A stretch of DNA of 61,925 nucleotides, counting the filler, from Coriobacteriales bacterium (lineage in GTDB: Bacteria; Actinomycetota; Coriobacteriia; Coriobacteriales; UBA8131), in NCBI GenBank assembly GCA_031263105.1. It is 6 parts of 6 records of this genome, joined end to end, with 100 filler letters (N's around TTAATTAATTAA, not from the genome) between each part and the next. Parts side by side here need not be neighbours in the genome. Positions count along the whole stretch, not along the records: positions 33,171 to 46,708 come from JAISGJ010000057.1; positions 46,809 to 51,932 come from JAISGJ010000064.1; 4 more parts are not named here. The stretch is one strand, 5' to 3'. Below, piece by piece: positions 40,701 to 49,309 of the stretch. How positions within the stretch are numbered: position 1 is the stretch's first letter; each line of letters starts with the position of its first letter. A program made the position numbers and the translations under genes. Below the pieces are notes generated by a model. It made no database searches and was not told the origin of the DNA. It saw nothing but the letters and a program-made list of their open reading frames with translations.

Positions 40701-43229
40701 GTACGTCATGGTGCCGTCGCCGTTGTCGCGTCCGTTCGTCAGCACGGCGCCCCCCGTGTTCACGTAGTACGTGGCCTGGGAGTAGGTGGTGACCTTCGCG
40801 GCCGAAGGCACGGTCAGGGAGTAGATCGGCCCCATCTCGAGCGTGAGCGAGCCCGAGCCGCCGGCGCTCTTGCTCGCCGTCGTCGCGTAGAAGTACGCGC
40901 TCGTCTGTGCGGTCGGCGCGATGCTCATGTTGTAGGAGGTCGCGGCGACGAGGGGCACCGCCCAGGCCCTGCGCGCCGTCGCGGCTGCCGTCGTGTTGTG
41001 GAGGCCGCCGAGCCTTACGCCTTGGTTCTTCTTGTCCTGTACCGCGACCGTGTAGTCCTCCCCCGCGACAAGCGGGTCGTCGCCCAAGGTCTGGTTGGAG
41101 TAGACCGAGCAGACCACGAGGGAGAGGGAATCGGTCATCTTCTCGGCATCCGCCGCGCTGGACGGGACGGTGAGGGATGCCCCTCCTATGTCCGTCGCGA
41201 CGCGCTCGCCGGAGCCGTCGGCCGCGTAGAGGGCGGCGGTGCCACGCACGGAGTAGGTGCCCACGGGCAGCCTGAGCGTATAGGTGGAGCGGCTGCCCTC
41301 GTCCGCCCCCTTTGCGGCATCGACCGCAAGGCCCGCGACGTCGTATCCGTCGCCGTCGAAGCCCTGCGTCCGATGGAAGGACAGGTCGGCGGCCACGTTC
41401 GGCACGGTCACCTCGACCGTGTAGACCGGCTTGGCGACAAGGGCGTCGAGCGCGTCCGCCAAGGCCTTGAATGCCTCCTCGAGCGCGGCCTCCCCGGCGG
41501 CCTCCCCTGCAAGCAGCCCCTTCGCCGCCGCAAGCGCCGCCTCAAGGGCCTCCCAGCCCCCGGAGTAGTCGTAAGGATCGAGCGCCTCGGCCCGCGCGAC
41601 CGCAGCGGCGAGGTCGTCGGCCGCCCCGACCCTCAACACGAGCGCGTCGAGCGCCGCACGCAGGGCCGCCTGGGCCGCGTCGAGCTCCTCCAGGGTCGCC
41701 TCCGCCCGCGCATCCGTCGTGCGCGCAGCATCGAGCGCCGCCACAAGCGCCGCCCACGAGGCGTAGGTGTGGTCTGCGGCGGCCTTGCCCTCGGCCTCGG
41801 TGACGACGGCCCTGAGCGCGCCCCGGTCCACCTTGCGCGTGACCGTTATCTCAAGAGGGCTGGGCGCGTTCACGGGGTCGGGGTGCTTGGAGCAGCTCTG
41901 GTTGCCGCCGCTTGCCGGAAGCGACGGTATGTCCCAAAGGTAGTCGGTATAGACCATGGTGGGCGGCGTCCTGCCCGTCACCTTGGTCCACGCATACGCA
42001 GGCTCCGTCAGCCTGTACGTGCCCGGGGCCGCACCTGTCGGCACAACGAAGGTGAGCGTCCGGTTGATATAAGGTGGCTCATTCGGTATGGAGACGCTCA
42101 CCGTCGCCAGGCCGGGGATGTTCGTCTTGTAGCTCAGGCTGCCTGCGGCGCCGTTCCCTGCAATGACCGTGTTGCTGCTGTTCTTCGCCGCCTGCAGGCC
42201 TGCACCGAGCGTGACGGTCACCTCATCCCCCGGATAGACGACCTCCGGCGAGACCGTGACGACGGATGCCGCCTTCAGGGCGGCGACCGCCGCGCCCAGC
42301 GCCGTCGCTGCCGCATCGACGGCGGCCTGCGCTGCCTTCTCGTCAGCCGCAACGGCCCGTGCCTGCGCAAGCGCGGCCCCAAGGGCGGCCCAGCTGCCAG
42401 CGGTGTAGTCGGCCTCGGCAAGCCCCTCGGCTGCGGCGATGGCGGCAACGAGCACGGCCTTGTCGGCGGGCGGGGCGGTGAGCGCCGCCAGCGCCGCAGC
42501 CACCTCGTCCGCCGACGCCAACGGGTCGATGACGACGTCGAGCGCCCCTTGGCGCGCACCCGCGACCGCACCTTCGGCGAAGAGCGCCCGGATCAGCTCG
42601 GTCTTGTCGACATGCGTGTAATACGGCGGCTCGGCCTCCTCCCATTCGGATGCAAGGCCGAGGTCGGCGCCGTAGCCCCAGACCGTGAACTGGAAGCGGA
42701 GCACGTCCCCCTCCCCCAGCGCCTGCTGTCCGATGCCGAGAGCCATCCGATGGTTCACGCTGTACGTCCACCCGCCCATGGGGCTGTAGTCGAACTCCCC
42801 CAGATAGCCGTCGTCGTTGCCATGTTCCTTGGCAGCTGCGGTCGTGGGCCCGCCGTTGGCCGTGACATACGCGGGGACAACGACCGTGGCAGGCCCCGTG
42901 TCGAAGCCCTCGACCGCCGAGAGGTAGCCGTCTGCGTTGCCGCCCTGGAAGCGATGGCCGGTCTGCTCCAGCAGCTCCTCCATCGCCTCGCCTGCCGTCG
43001 AGCCCTCCGGCACCTCGAGCGCCGTCGGCTCGATATAGAAGCCCTGCCCGAGGTTGTAGCCCTCGAAGTCGAGGTAGACGGTGACCGCGCCGTCGCCGTT
43101 CGCGTTCGGCGCAGGGCCTTCCGCGAGCGCCGCGCCCGGCACGAGCCCGAGCGAGAGCATGACGGCCAGCAGGAGCGCAAGCGCCCTGCTCCCGAGTCCC
43201 GTTTTCTTCCTCTGCGTTTCGCCGCGCAT
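37758..43229 (-). CDS. Large surface protein: DUF4430-like N-domain, FIVAR/GA-like helical repeats, alpha/alpha-barrel (prenyltransferase-like) domain, C-terminal TM
   Basis: Signal peptide; GEFDYSPMGGWTYSVN; repeated DYTA.SW.AL..AL..A; QGVNGPIFALLALDS, DPDMTAMALQALAPY, NCESAAQVVVALCALG. Confidence 0.85.
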   Translation of the reverse strand: MRGETQRKKTGLGSRALALLLAVMLSLGLVPGAALAEGPAPNANGDGAVTVYLDFEGYNLGQGFYIEPTALEVPEGSTAGEAMEELLEQTGHRFQGGNADGYLSAVEGFDTGPATVVVPAYVTANGGPTTAAAKEHGNDDGYLGEFDYSPMGGWTYSVNHRMALGIGQQALGEGDVLRFQFTVWGYGADLGLASEWEEAEPPYYTHVDKTELIRALFAEGAVAGARQGALDVVIDPLASADEVAAALAALTAPPADKAVLVAAIAAAEGLAEADYTAGSWAALGAALAQARAVAADEKAAQAAVDAAATALGAAVAALKAASVVTVSPEVVYPGDEVTVTLGAGLQAAKNSSNTVIAGNGAAGSLSYKTNIPGLATVSVSIPNEPPYINRTLTFVVPTGAAPGTYRLTEPAYAWTKVTGRTPPTMVYTDYLWDIPSLPASGGNQSCSKHPDPVNAPSPLEITVTRKVDRGALRAVVTEAEGKAAADHTYASWAALVAALDAARTTDARAEATLEELDAAQAALRAALDALVLRVGAADDLAAAVARAEALDPYDYSGGWEALEAALAAAKGLLAGEAAGEAALEEAFKALADALDALVAKPVYTVEVTVPNVAADLSFHRTQGFDGDGYDVAGLAVDAAKGADEGSRSTYTLRLPVGTYSVRGTAALYAADGSGERVATDIGGASLTVPSSAADAEKMTDSLSLVVCSVYSNQTLGDDPLVAGEDYTVAVQDKKNQGVRLGGLHNTTAAATARRAWAVPLVAATSYNMSIAPTAQTSAYFYATTASKSAGGSGSLTLEMGPIYSLTVPSAAKVTTYSQATYYVNTGGAVLTNGRDNGDGTMTYSFRGSSPIWRATLPGKVTKAGWGLGQLGTVLTFDGYEDPGDTVTTMQPDRDGNSLLMNIPGGGNHLQMGVGGTFKLRCFRMWEIINSDWMNKMIEPDFHFRLLEGSDVLDLTPHDAINSNWTDVRALKAGTAVIEVSYDAIDVFGSTYSPSGGRFGAVNPERKGIVVVTVGGSSSAASVQVQRPGAAYGTWDAEFDTWFFTGANAEIDVRLSGSGQADVTAYNPDVAGSLHTVTDGKLTIWPGNNIVKAVRDGAVIYQVIRGGSVRVVTDVTDRELQAGDTVRVLYGGRIPAYPVPKMSGIYNPQGYAKTAEYDDEITLTEAHLAGAPLRSGGSIADSHLGSGAGAHRTADYDNGLEINMTAGANSGTYCVLPTVCLADLEVAPAPDKDALGRACAAADTLDEADYTAESWRAFQEALGAAKAVLGDGAAGQPAIDGAAAALVDAINGLERKPAPPAPAVPAPTVAEVEAAYAAAAGHAQGTVGALPVGIHRDWLAVGLARGGQMDEQSKKAYLDDLATQVTAAGGVLSATKYTEYARTVLALTALGVDASSFAGFDLTAPLTDYAMVIRQGVNGPIFALLALDSGGYQADGLATPAGGTATDGQDVRGRLIAYLLSRELSGGGWGMSASTADPDMTAMALQALAPYAGRGNAVLDAALGRALGALSSLQRADGGFSSMGAPNCESAAQVVVALCALGIPLNDARFVKGGHTVYDVLMSYYDAGSGGFRHVAGGSVDVMATGQGTYALAALRRALTGATSLYDMSDVTLVAYPAGGTGQPGGGAQAGGGEQGGTGQPGSGEQGGAKPGSGGTAADGTARPGDGTTADGTDRPGTAQPGGTAQPGEGGGGQPGDGGTGQPGGGSGDGAGQQGGSGAQAGSGGSGPAAAGSADGSAQVGRGAAPGAAATAQGTAAPTAIEDDPTPLSGLLPDGTQEGAGGIVLTPRVMLGIAALMVALVLTTILLTRTVTLRRVRREGVAQV

Positions 43230-43366
43230 GGCCTCTTCCTCCTTCTTCGCCAGATGCTGCCGTCCAGACGGGGCGGTGCTCCCTGTGCCGTTCCTTCGGC
43301 AGCCGAAGCCCGCTCCCTCGTCGACGCATTGGCGCGGCCAGATTCGTTCCCTGGAGGCCGGTGCGC

Positions 43367-43404
43367 ATAAAAAACGAAGGTGCCCCCCATCGACCCGGGG
43401 GCAA
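43367..43404 (-). terminator. Intrinsic terminator, expression platform of the riboswitch
   Basis: Minus strand TGCCCCC-GGGTCGATG-GGGGGCA followed by CCTTCGTTTTTT. Confidence 0.65.
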
Positions 43405-43412
43405 CTCCTGCA

Positions 43413-43590
43413 CCATCATTGGTAAGTCTCCTGACTTCTGCTTCGTCCTCCCGGGCGCCTTCCCAGCAGACACTCCGTGTCCCGCCAGTGGCATGCTGCC
43501 CGTTCGTCAGCAGTTACAGTTGTGGTCCGCAGTCCCGGACTCGCACCGGGTTCCTCGTTATTGCGTCGCCGCAACCAATGAATCGACGAT
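43413..43590 (-). ncRNA. Cobalamin (B12) riboswitch
   Basis: Minus strand GAGGAACCCGGTGCGAGTCCGGGACTG..CAACTGTAA..GCCACTGG..GGGAAGGC..AGTCAGGAGACTTACC (B12-box), upstream of an ECF/DUF4430 operon. Confidence 0.9.
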
Positions 43591-43636
43591 ATTCGATTGA
43601 CCTTCCCAGACACCGAAGAGGCAATCGCCCCTCAGC

Positions 43637-43887
43637 GTTACTGTTCGCACCCCGCTGCCGCCCCGGATCCCCGCTGCCGCCCCGGATCCCCGCTGTCGCC
43701 CCGGATCCCCGCTGTCGCCCCGAGCCTCCGCTGTCATCCCGAGCCTGCCGAGGGATCCTCGATCGCGCAGCGGTCGACTGCGGCCGGAAGGTGCCTCGGC
43801 CTGCGGTCGGCTGCTTCGCAGTCGAAGATCCCTCGGCAGGCTCGGGATGACAGTGGAGGCTCGGGATGACAGGGTGTGAGCAGTAAC
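43637..43887. mobile_element. Nested palindromic element, complete copy (251 bp), core type B inverted
   Basis: GTTACTGTTCGCACCC...GGGTGTGAGCAGTAAC outer inverted ends; inner inverted repeat; flanks CCTCAGC / CCTCGGC. Confidence 0.85.
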
Positions 43888-43910
43888 CCTCGGCGTCCGT
43901 CAGGGAGACC

Positions 43911-43939
43911 AGTATAGCGATGGTCCTCCCGTCAGGCAA
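43911..43939 (-). promoter_or_regulatory. Putative sigma70 promoter of the B12 operon
   Basis: TTGCCT (43939-43934)-17 nt-TATACT (43916-43911). Confidence 0.6.
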
Positions 43940-44062
43940 CACCTTCTGGTACACTGTTTGTGCCACAAGGGCGGCCATGGCTTGGCCCGACGCCCGCCTG
44001 ACGGCGCACAACGAGCCAACGGCCCCAAAGGCCTCATTCAACCACCCGTATGCGAGGTTTTC

Positions 44063-44446
44063 TTGAAGCGCGCCCTGTTCTTCATATGTGCCTGGATATG
44101 CACCGTCACCGCACTGGTCGGCATATTCGTCCCCGTGCTGCCGACCACGCCGCTGCTGCTCCTGGCAACGTTCCTGTTCGCCAAGAGCTCGCCGCGCTAC
44201 CATGCCTGGATACAACAGACGAGGGCCTATCGGCGCTATGTGGTTCCCTTCAAGGAGCGCGGCGGCCTGCCCCTCGGCCAAAAGCTGCGCATCGTCGCCC
44301 TGTCGTTCGTCGTGATGGGCGTAAGCGCCGGCGTCGTGAGGGTCGTCTACGTCTGGGTGATCCTCGCACTGGTCGCGCTCTGGCTGCTGTACCTGATGTT
44401 CATACGCATCCCCACGGTGCCCAAGAAGGCCGACGGGCAGCAGTAG
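44063..44446 (+). CDS. YbaN/DUF454 family membrane protein
   Basis: GIFVPVLPTTPLLLLATFLFAKSSPRYHAW; TTG start after GAGG. Confidence 0.88.
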   Translation: MKRALFFICAWICTVTALVGIFVPVLPTTPLLLLATFLFAKSSPRYHAWIQQTRAYRRYVVPFKERGGLPLGQKLRIVALSFVVMGVSAGVVRVVYVWVILALVALWLLYLMFIRIPTVPKKADGQQ

Positions 44447-44498
44447 GCCGAGGAGGCCGCATCAGGCAGCACAAAGGCCACCGTCCCCTTTGCGCTGT

Positions 44499-45737
44499 CT
44501 ATTGGGTGCGTTCGGCCTTGTGCGCGCGTTTGTAGAAGTACATCTTCTCGTCGGCCATGCCGAGCAGCTCGCTGGCGTGGAGGTCGTCGTTCGCGCCCAC
44601 CTCGACGACCCCGTAGCTCATCGAGCGGTTGTAGGTGGACTTGCGCTTGCCGTTGTCGGCGACGAGCTTCGAGCGCAGCACCTCAAGGCGCCGCTCAGAC
44701 TCCTCCTCGCCCCAGTCCCTCGCCAACAGCATGAACTCGTCGCCCCCGAGCCGACAGAGCACCGCATCCTCCGAGAAGCTCCCGAGCAGCTGCGCGACCA
44801 GGAGGATGTACTTGTCCCCCTCGTTGTGCCCGAGCCTGTCATTGACGTACTTGAGGTTGTCCAGGTCGATGAAGCACAGCGAGAAGCGCTGCCTCTGCTC
44901 GAGCCATTGGTTGAAGAGCATCATGCCGAAGTGGCGGCTGTACGCGTTGGTCAGAGGGTCGTACTTCGCGATCTTCTCGAGCCGCAGGAAGGCACGGCGG
45001 CTCGCGGTCGTGTCGGTGAATATGAAGACGACCGCCTCGTGCTCCCCCCAGATATAGGGATGCTGCTGCACGGAAAACGACTGGAAGCCGCCCTCGAACG
45101 TCAGGTCCATGTCCCGCGTCACCTTGAGGGAGCAGCGGTCGGAGGAGAGCTGCTCGCCGAGCCACTCGAAGAGCTGCCCTTCCGTCGCCGGCTCCAGGAG
45201 CACCTGGTCGAGCGGATGGTTGCGAAGGAGCTCCTCCTTCGTGTCCTTGTTGAGCACGATGATGAGCTGCGACATCTGCGCCGTGATGTCCTCGAACACC
45301 GCGATGCTCCGCTGCAGGGCCTGCGACTTCAGCTCCTGGGCCTCCATGGCCGCCTCAAGGGCATACCGGCGCTCGGCAAGCTGCTCGACCATGTTGTTCA
45401 TGGCCTCCGAGAAGTTCCCCATGAAGCTGACGTGCTGCTGGTAGTCGCCCTTCGCTATCTGCTGCGTCTGCCAGGTGAGGTGGCGCAGGGACGCCTGGAG
45501 CGACTTGAGTCCCGCCGCGACCTCGTTGCCCGGCGAAAGGGGATTGGTATCGAGTTCGCCCTGCGCTATGTCGGAGGCGAGCACGCTCGCCTCCCGCACG
45601 CTTTGGACGTAGTAGAGCAGGCCCTTCACGAAATCCCTGAAGCCCTCGGGGAAGTCGGCAGGGTCAAGCACGGCGTCTTGCGGAAAATACAGGACGTTCC
45701 TCAGATACTCAAACAGTCGAGACGCTACAGGATCCGT
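44499..45737 (-). CDS. Diguanylate cyclase (HAMP-like + GGDEF); start uncertain (ACG at 45737 or GTG at 45671)
   Basis: YDPLTNAYSR, FIDLDNLKYVNDRLGHNEGD, RLGGDEF, ADEKMY. Confidence 0.9.
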   Translation of the reverse strand, partial: TDPVASRLFEYLRNVLYFPQDAVLDPADFPEGFRDFVKGLLYYVQSVREASVLASDIAQGELDTNPLSPGNEVAAGLKSLQASLRHLTWQTQQIAKGDYQQHVSFMGNFSEAMNNMVEQLAERRYALEAAMEAQELKSQALQRSIAVFEDITAQMSQLIIVLNKDTKEELLRNHPLDQVLLEPATEGQLFEWLGEQLSSDRCSLKVTRDMDLTFEGGFQSFSVQQHPYIWGEHEAVVFIFTDTTASRRAFLRLEKIAKYDPLTNAYSRHFGMMLFNQWLEQRQRFSLCFIDLDNLKYVNDRLGHNEGDKYILLVAQLLGSFSEDAVLCRLGGDEFMLLARDWGEEESERRLEVLRSKLVADNGKRKSTYNRSMSYGVVEVGANDDLHASELLGMADEKMYFYKRAHKAERTQ

Positions 45738-45803
45738 TTTCGTTCACCTGCCTCATTGCCCCCAATGATTCGATTGCGGTCACATACCGGGTCTGGGATA
45801 TTG

Positions 45804-46358
45804 TTATGAGAGCGTCGTGCCCTCGAAGCGACAGACGCGGTCGCCGTTCGCCCAGCAATCGACTTCACGGACGTCGTACTTCTTGCCGGTATAGGTCTCG
45901 AGGATCCCCGCTATGAAGCCTTCGTCGTAGAAGCAGACGGTCTCGTTCGTCGTGGGCAGACCGCTGCAGTCGAGATCCTGTCCGACCGTCAGCGTGAGGT
46001 TGCCGGTCTCGGCGTCAAAGGCCTCCATGCGCAGGATGCCGATCTTGAGGTCCTCGAGCGACTTTTGGAGGTTCGCCACGAAGGTGTCGAGCTCGACGTC
46101 CAGGTTCAGGACGTTCTTCGCGAACTCCGTCCCCGCGAGGAAGCCGCACTTGCGCCAGAGCTCGTCAGCGACCTCTACGCCGTATTCCTGGGTGAGTATG
46201 TCCAACATGGTGAACTGCATGAGCCGATAGACCAGGACGGGCATCTCCTCGCCCAGGTCCCCGCGGCCCTCCTTGATGTCCCCCAGGTTCTCCCACCTGA
46301 ACTTGTTGTGCGTCAACGGTGCCTGGAAAACGTTTTCGACTTGAAAGACATTGTCCAT
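45804..46358 (-). CDS. V4R-domain protein
   Basis: LKIGIL, DLDCSGLP..VCFYDEGFIAGIL, REVDCWANGDRVCRF. Confidence 0.88.
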   Translation of the reverse strand: MDNVFQVENVFQAPLTHNKFRWENLGDIKEGRGDLGEEMPVLVYRLMQFTMLDILTQEYGVEVADELWRKCGFLAGTEFAKNVLNLDVELDTFVANLQKSLEDLKIGILRMEAFDAETGNLTLTVGQDLDCSGLPTTNETVCFYDEGFIAGILETYTGKKYDVREVDCWANGDRVCRFEGTTLS

Positions 46359-46499
46359 TGAAACCCACTCCTCATTCTCACGTAACAGATAGGTACAAAA
46401 CGTAGCTCACGACGTTACCGCTTATCGCAAGAACAATTATACCCACCTAATCGAAACCTGACTAGTGCCAAATACGCGGAACCGGACAGGTTCGCTTTC

Positions 46500-46708
46500 C
46501 CGCCCCACCGTCCACGCCCCACTGTCCACGCCCCACCGTCATCCCGAGCCTGCCGAGGGATCCTTGGGTCCGAGCGCCCGGAAAACGCCCCGCGTTTTCA
46601 GCGAGGACGGGCCGACAGGCCCACGGAACGCGAAGCAGCCGACCGTGGGCCGAGGCGCTTTCTGGCCGCAGTCGACCGCTCGTGCGGTCGAAGATCCCTC
46701 GGCAGGCT
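46500..46708. mobile_element. Nested palindromic element, core type A, truncated at contig end
   Basis: Core nearly identical to 107..232; ends in GATCCCTCGGCAGGCT. Confidence 0.8.
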
Positions 46709-46808
46709 NNNNNNNNNNNNNNNNNNNNNNNNNNNNNNNNNNNNNNNNNNNNTTAATTAATTAANNNNNNNNNNNNNNNNNNNNNNNNNNNNNNNNNNNN
46801 NNNNNNNN
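46709..46808. other. Artificial contig linker
   Basis: N/TTAATTAATTAA/N, 100 nt. Confidence 0.98.
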
Positions 46809-46860
46809 CCCGAACGCATGAGAGCACGGGGGTACATCGATTGAAGGAGGGCGCGGCCGG

Positions 46861-46907
46861 TAAAGGGGGGAGGAAGCGAAAGGGATTTCGCTTCCTCCCC
46901 CCTTTAA
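46861..46907. repeat. Strong hairpin downstream of the LysE gene (terminator or REP-like unit)
   Basis: TAAAGGGGGGAGGAAGCGAAA-GGGA-TTTCGCTTCCTCCCCCCTTTA. Confidence 0.6.
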
Positions 46908-46956
46908 ATCCCCCCTCCATCACTTTCGGCCTTGGGCGCGATGCGGCGCTTTGCGC

Positions 46957-47808
46957 CTACGCGCCTGAGTCGGGGGCGGGGTTGTGGGTCGAGGGGCGGG
47001 GTTGCGCGCCGTTGGGGGGGGGGGGGGGGGCGCACTCGGGCAGCGGGGTGACGAAGATGCTGATGCCGAGGGCGAGGTAGAGTACGCCTGCGACGCGGTT
47101 GGCGATGACGGAGAGTCGGGGGCGGTGCTCCAGCAGACGCTTGGCCTGTCCGGCGGTCAGCGCCAAGACCAGGCACCAGAGGGTGCTGGTGCACAGGAAG
47201 GTGAAGCCGAGGAGCAGAAACGGCACGGGGGCCGAAGCAGCGCCCGGATCCACGAACTGCGGGAGGAAGGCCAGGAAGAACAGGGCTATCTTGGGGTTGG
47301 TGACGTTCGTTATCATCCCTTGGACGAATACCGGCCATGCCCGGGACGGGGGCCGGAGCGGAGGCCGCTCCTCCGGCCGCAGCATGAACGGCTCGTGTGA
47401 CAGGAGGGCGCGTATGCCCATGACTGCAAGGTAGCATGCGCCGAGCACCTTTGTTGCCCAGAACAGCCACGGGGAACCCACGAGGATAAGACTGAGGCCG
47501 AAGGCGACCAGCAGGGTATGAACCACAAGGCCGCAGGAGACGCCCAAAGCCGAGGCCACGCCGATGCGCGGGCCGCCGGTCACAGACTTCCCTAGGATGA
47601 AGAGCGTATCGATTCCTGGGGTCAGGTTGAGGACGATTGCCGCCACCACAAAGGCACCGTAGTTGATGATGCCCGTCGCGCCAAGGAGGTCGGCTGCGCC
47701 TGTCGCCGCAACAACCGCGCCCGCTGCGCCAGCCGCCGCCAGCGCCGTCGCGCCAGCGCCAACCATGCCGACCGCATCCGCCGCCACCGCCCCCAAGACA
47801 CCCAGCAT
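46957..47808 (-). CDS. LysE/RhtB family amino-acid exporter
   Basis: LNLTPGID, GACYLAVMG, QGMITNVTNPKIALFFLAFLPQFV; Ala-rich N-terminal extension, start uncertain. Confidence 0.9.
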   Translation of the reverse strand: MLGVLGAVAADAVGMVGAGATALAAAGAAGAVVAATGAADLLGATGIINYGAFVVAAIVLNLTPGIDTLFILGKSVTGGPRIGVASALGVSCGLVVHTLLVAFGLSLILVGSPWLFWATKVLGACYLAVMGIRALLSHEPFMLRPEERPPLRPPSRAWPVFVQGMITNVTNPKIALFFLAFLPQFVDPGAASAPVPFLLLGFTFLCTSTLWCLVLALTAGQAKRLLEHRPRLSVIANRVAGVLYLALGISIFVTPLPECAPPPPPNGAQPRPSTHNPAPDSGA

Positions 47809-47814
47809 GACCAG

Positions 47815-48543
47815 CTACAGAACCTTGTTGAGAAACGCGATGGTGCGCTGGTGCTGAGGGTTGCCGAACAGCTGCGAGGGCGGGCCCTGCTCGACGACAA
47901 GGCCTCCGTCGATGAACACCACGCGGTCGGCCACCTCGCGCGCGAAGCCCATCTCGTGGGTGACGATGATCATGGTCATGCCCTCGCCGATCAGCTTGCG
48001 CATGACGTTCAGGACATCGCCCACCATCTCGGGGTCGAGGGCGCTGGTGGGCTCGTCGAACAGCATGAGGTCGGGATCCATCGCCAGGGCGCGGGCTATG
48101 GCCACGCGCTGCTGCTGCCCGCCGGAAAGCGAGCCGGGATAGTCGTCCCACTTCTCGGAAAGCCCCACGCTCGCCAGAAGCTCATAGGCCCTTGCCTCGG
48201 CATCGGCCTTCTTGAGACGCTTGCACTGCATGGGCGCCATGGTGATGTTCCTCAGCACCGTGAGGTGCGGGAAGAGGTTGAACTGCTGGAACACCATGCC
48301 GATGTTCTCACGAATCCTGTCCAAGTTCGCATGGGCATCGGTTATCATGTTGCCGTCCACGACTATCGTGCCGTCAGTGGGCTGCTCAAGCGAGTTTATG
48401 CAGCGCAGAAACGTGCTCTTGCCGGAGCCGGACGGGCCGATGAGACACACGACCTCGCCTTCCTCGACATCGAGATCCATGCCACGGAGCACCTCGTTCT
48501 TGCCGAAGTATTTATGAAGATTCCTTATCTCCACCTTTGACAA
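47815..48543 (-). CDS. Polar amino-acid ABC transporter ATP-binding protein (GlnQ-like)
   Basis: [53 protein letters not shown]. Confidence 0.95.
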   Translation of the reverse strand: MSKVEIRNLHKYFGKNEVLRGMDLDVEEGEVVCLIGPSGSGKSTFLRCINSLEQPTDGTIVVDGNMITDAHANLDRIRENIGMVFQQFNLFPHLTVLRNITMAPMQCKRLKKADAEARAYELLASVGLSEKWDDYPGSLSGGQQQRVAIARALAMDPDLMLFDEPTSALDPEMVGDVLNVMRKLIGEGMTMIIVTHEMGFAREVADRVVFIDGGLVVEQGPPSQLFGNPQHQRTIAFLNKVL

Positions 48544-49189
48544 GGGAGAGCCTCTTTTCTACGAACTTGGACAACTTGCTGAGCGCATAGATTATCACGA
48601 AATACAGAACGCCGACGCAGACCCAGATCTCGAAGGAGCGGTAGGTGCGCGCGATTATCTGCGAGCCTACCATGGTGAGCTCGGCCAGGCCGATGACGGA
48701 TATGATCGAGGTGTCCTTGATGGTGATGATGCACTGGTTGACGACCGACGGCACGACGATGCGCAGGGCCTGAGGCAGTATCACCCTGAGCATGGTGGCA
48801 CGATACGACATGCCGAGGCTGCGTGACGCCTCCATCTGCCCGTGGGGCACCGCTTCTATCCCTCCACGGAATATCTCGGAGAGATAGGCGCCCGCGTTGA
48901 GGGAGAGCGCCACAATGCCGGCCGTCATCGCCGTCATCGTGAAGCCGAAGGCCTTGGTGACGCCGAAGTAGATAAAGAAGGTCTGCACCAGCAGCGGCGT
49001 GCCACGGATGACGTTTATGTAGCACTGCGAGATCCAGTGCAGCATCTTCAGCTTGGAGATGTTCATCAGGCACGAGCCCAGACCGATGAACATCGCTATG
49101 ACCAAGGAGACGACCGACAGCTCCACCGTGAGCAGCATGCCCCGCAGGAACATGGGCATCGACTGCTGCAACAGCTCAAAAAAGCTCAT
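48512..49189 (-). CDS. Polar amino-acid ABC transporter permease
   Basis: [41 protein letters not shown]. Confidence 0.95.
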   Translation of the reverse strand: MSFFELLQQSMPMFLRGMLLTVELSVVSLVIAMFIGLGSCLMNISKLKMLHWISQCYINVIRGTPLLVQTFFIYFGVTKAFGFTMTAMTAGIVALSLNAGAYLSEIFRGGIEAVPHGQMEASRSLGMSYRATMLRVILPQALRIVVPSVVNQCIITIKDTSIISVIGLAELTMVGSQIIARTYRSFEIWVCVGVLYFVIIYALSKLSKFVEKRLSLVKGGDKESS

Positions 49190-49309
49190 GACGACCACTC
49201 AGGAAAGCAAGCCAGCAGACCGAGGCAGCAGATGCCCGCATCGCGCCTTTGGAAAGGCAGGCACCTGCTGGCACAGGCGTATAGGACAGAGGTATGCACG
49301 AAGTCTGGA

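Noticed and set aside
43637..43887. Autonomous IS or integron attC sites
   Set aside because: There is no transposase or integrase ORF in any copy or in the window, and the copies are scattered among housekeeping genes rather than arrayed with cassettes.
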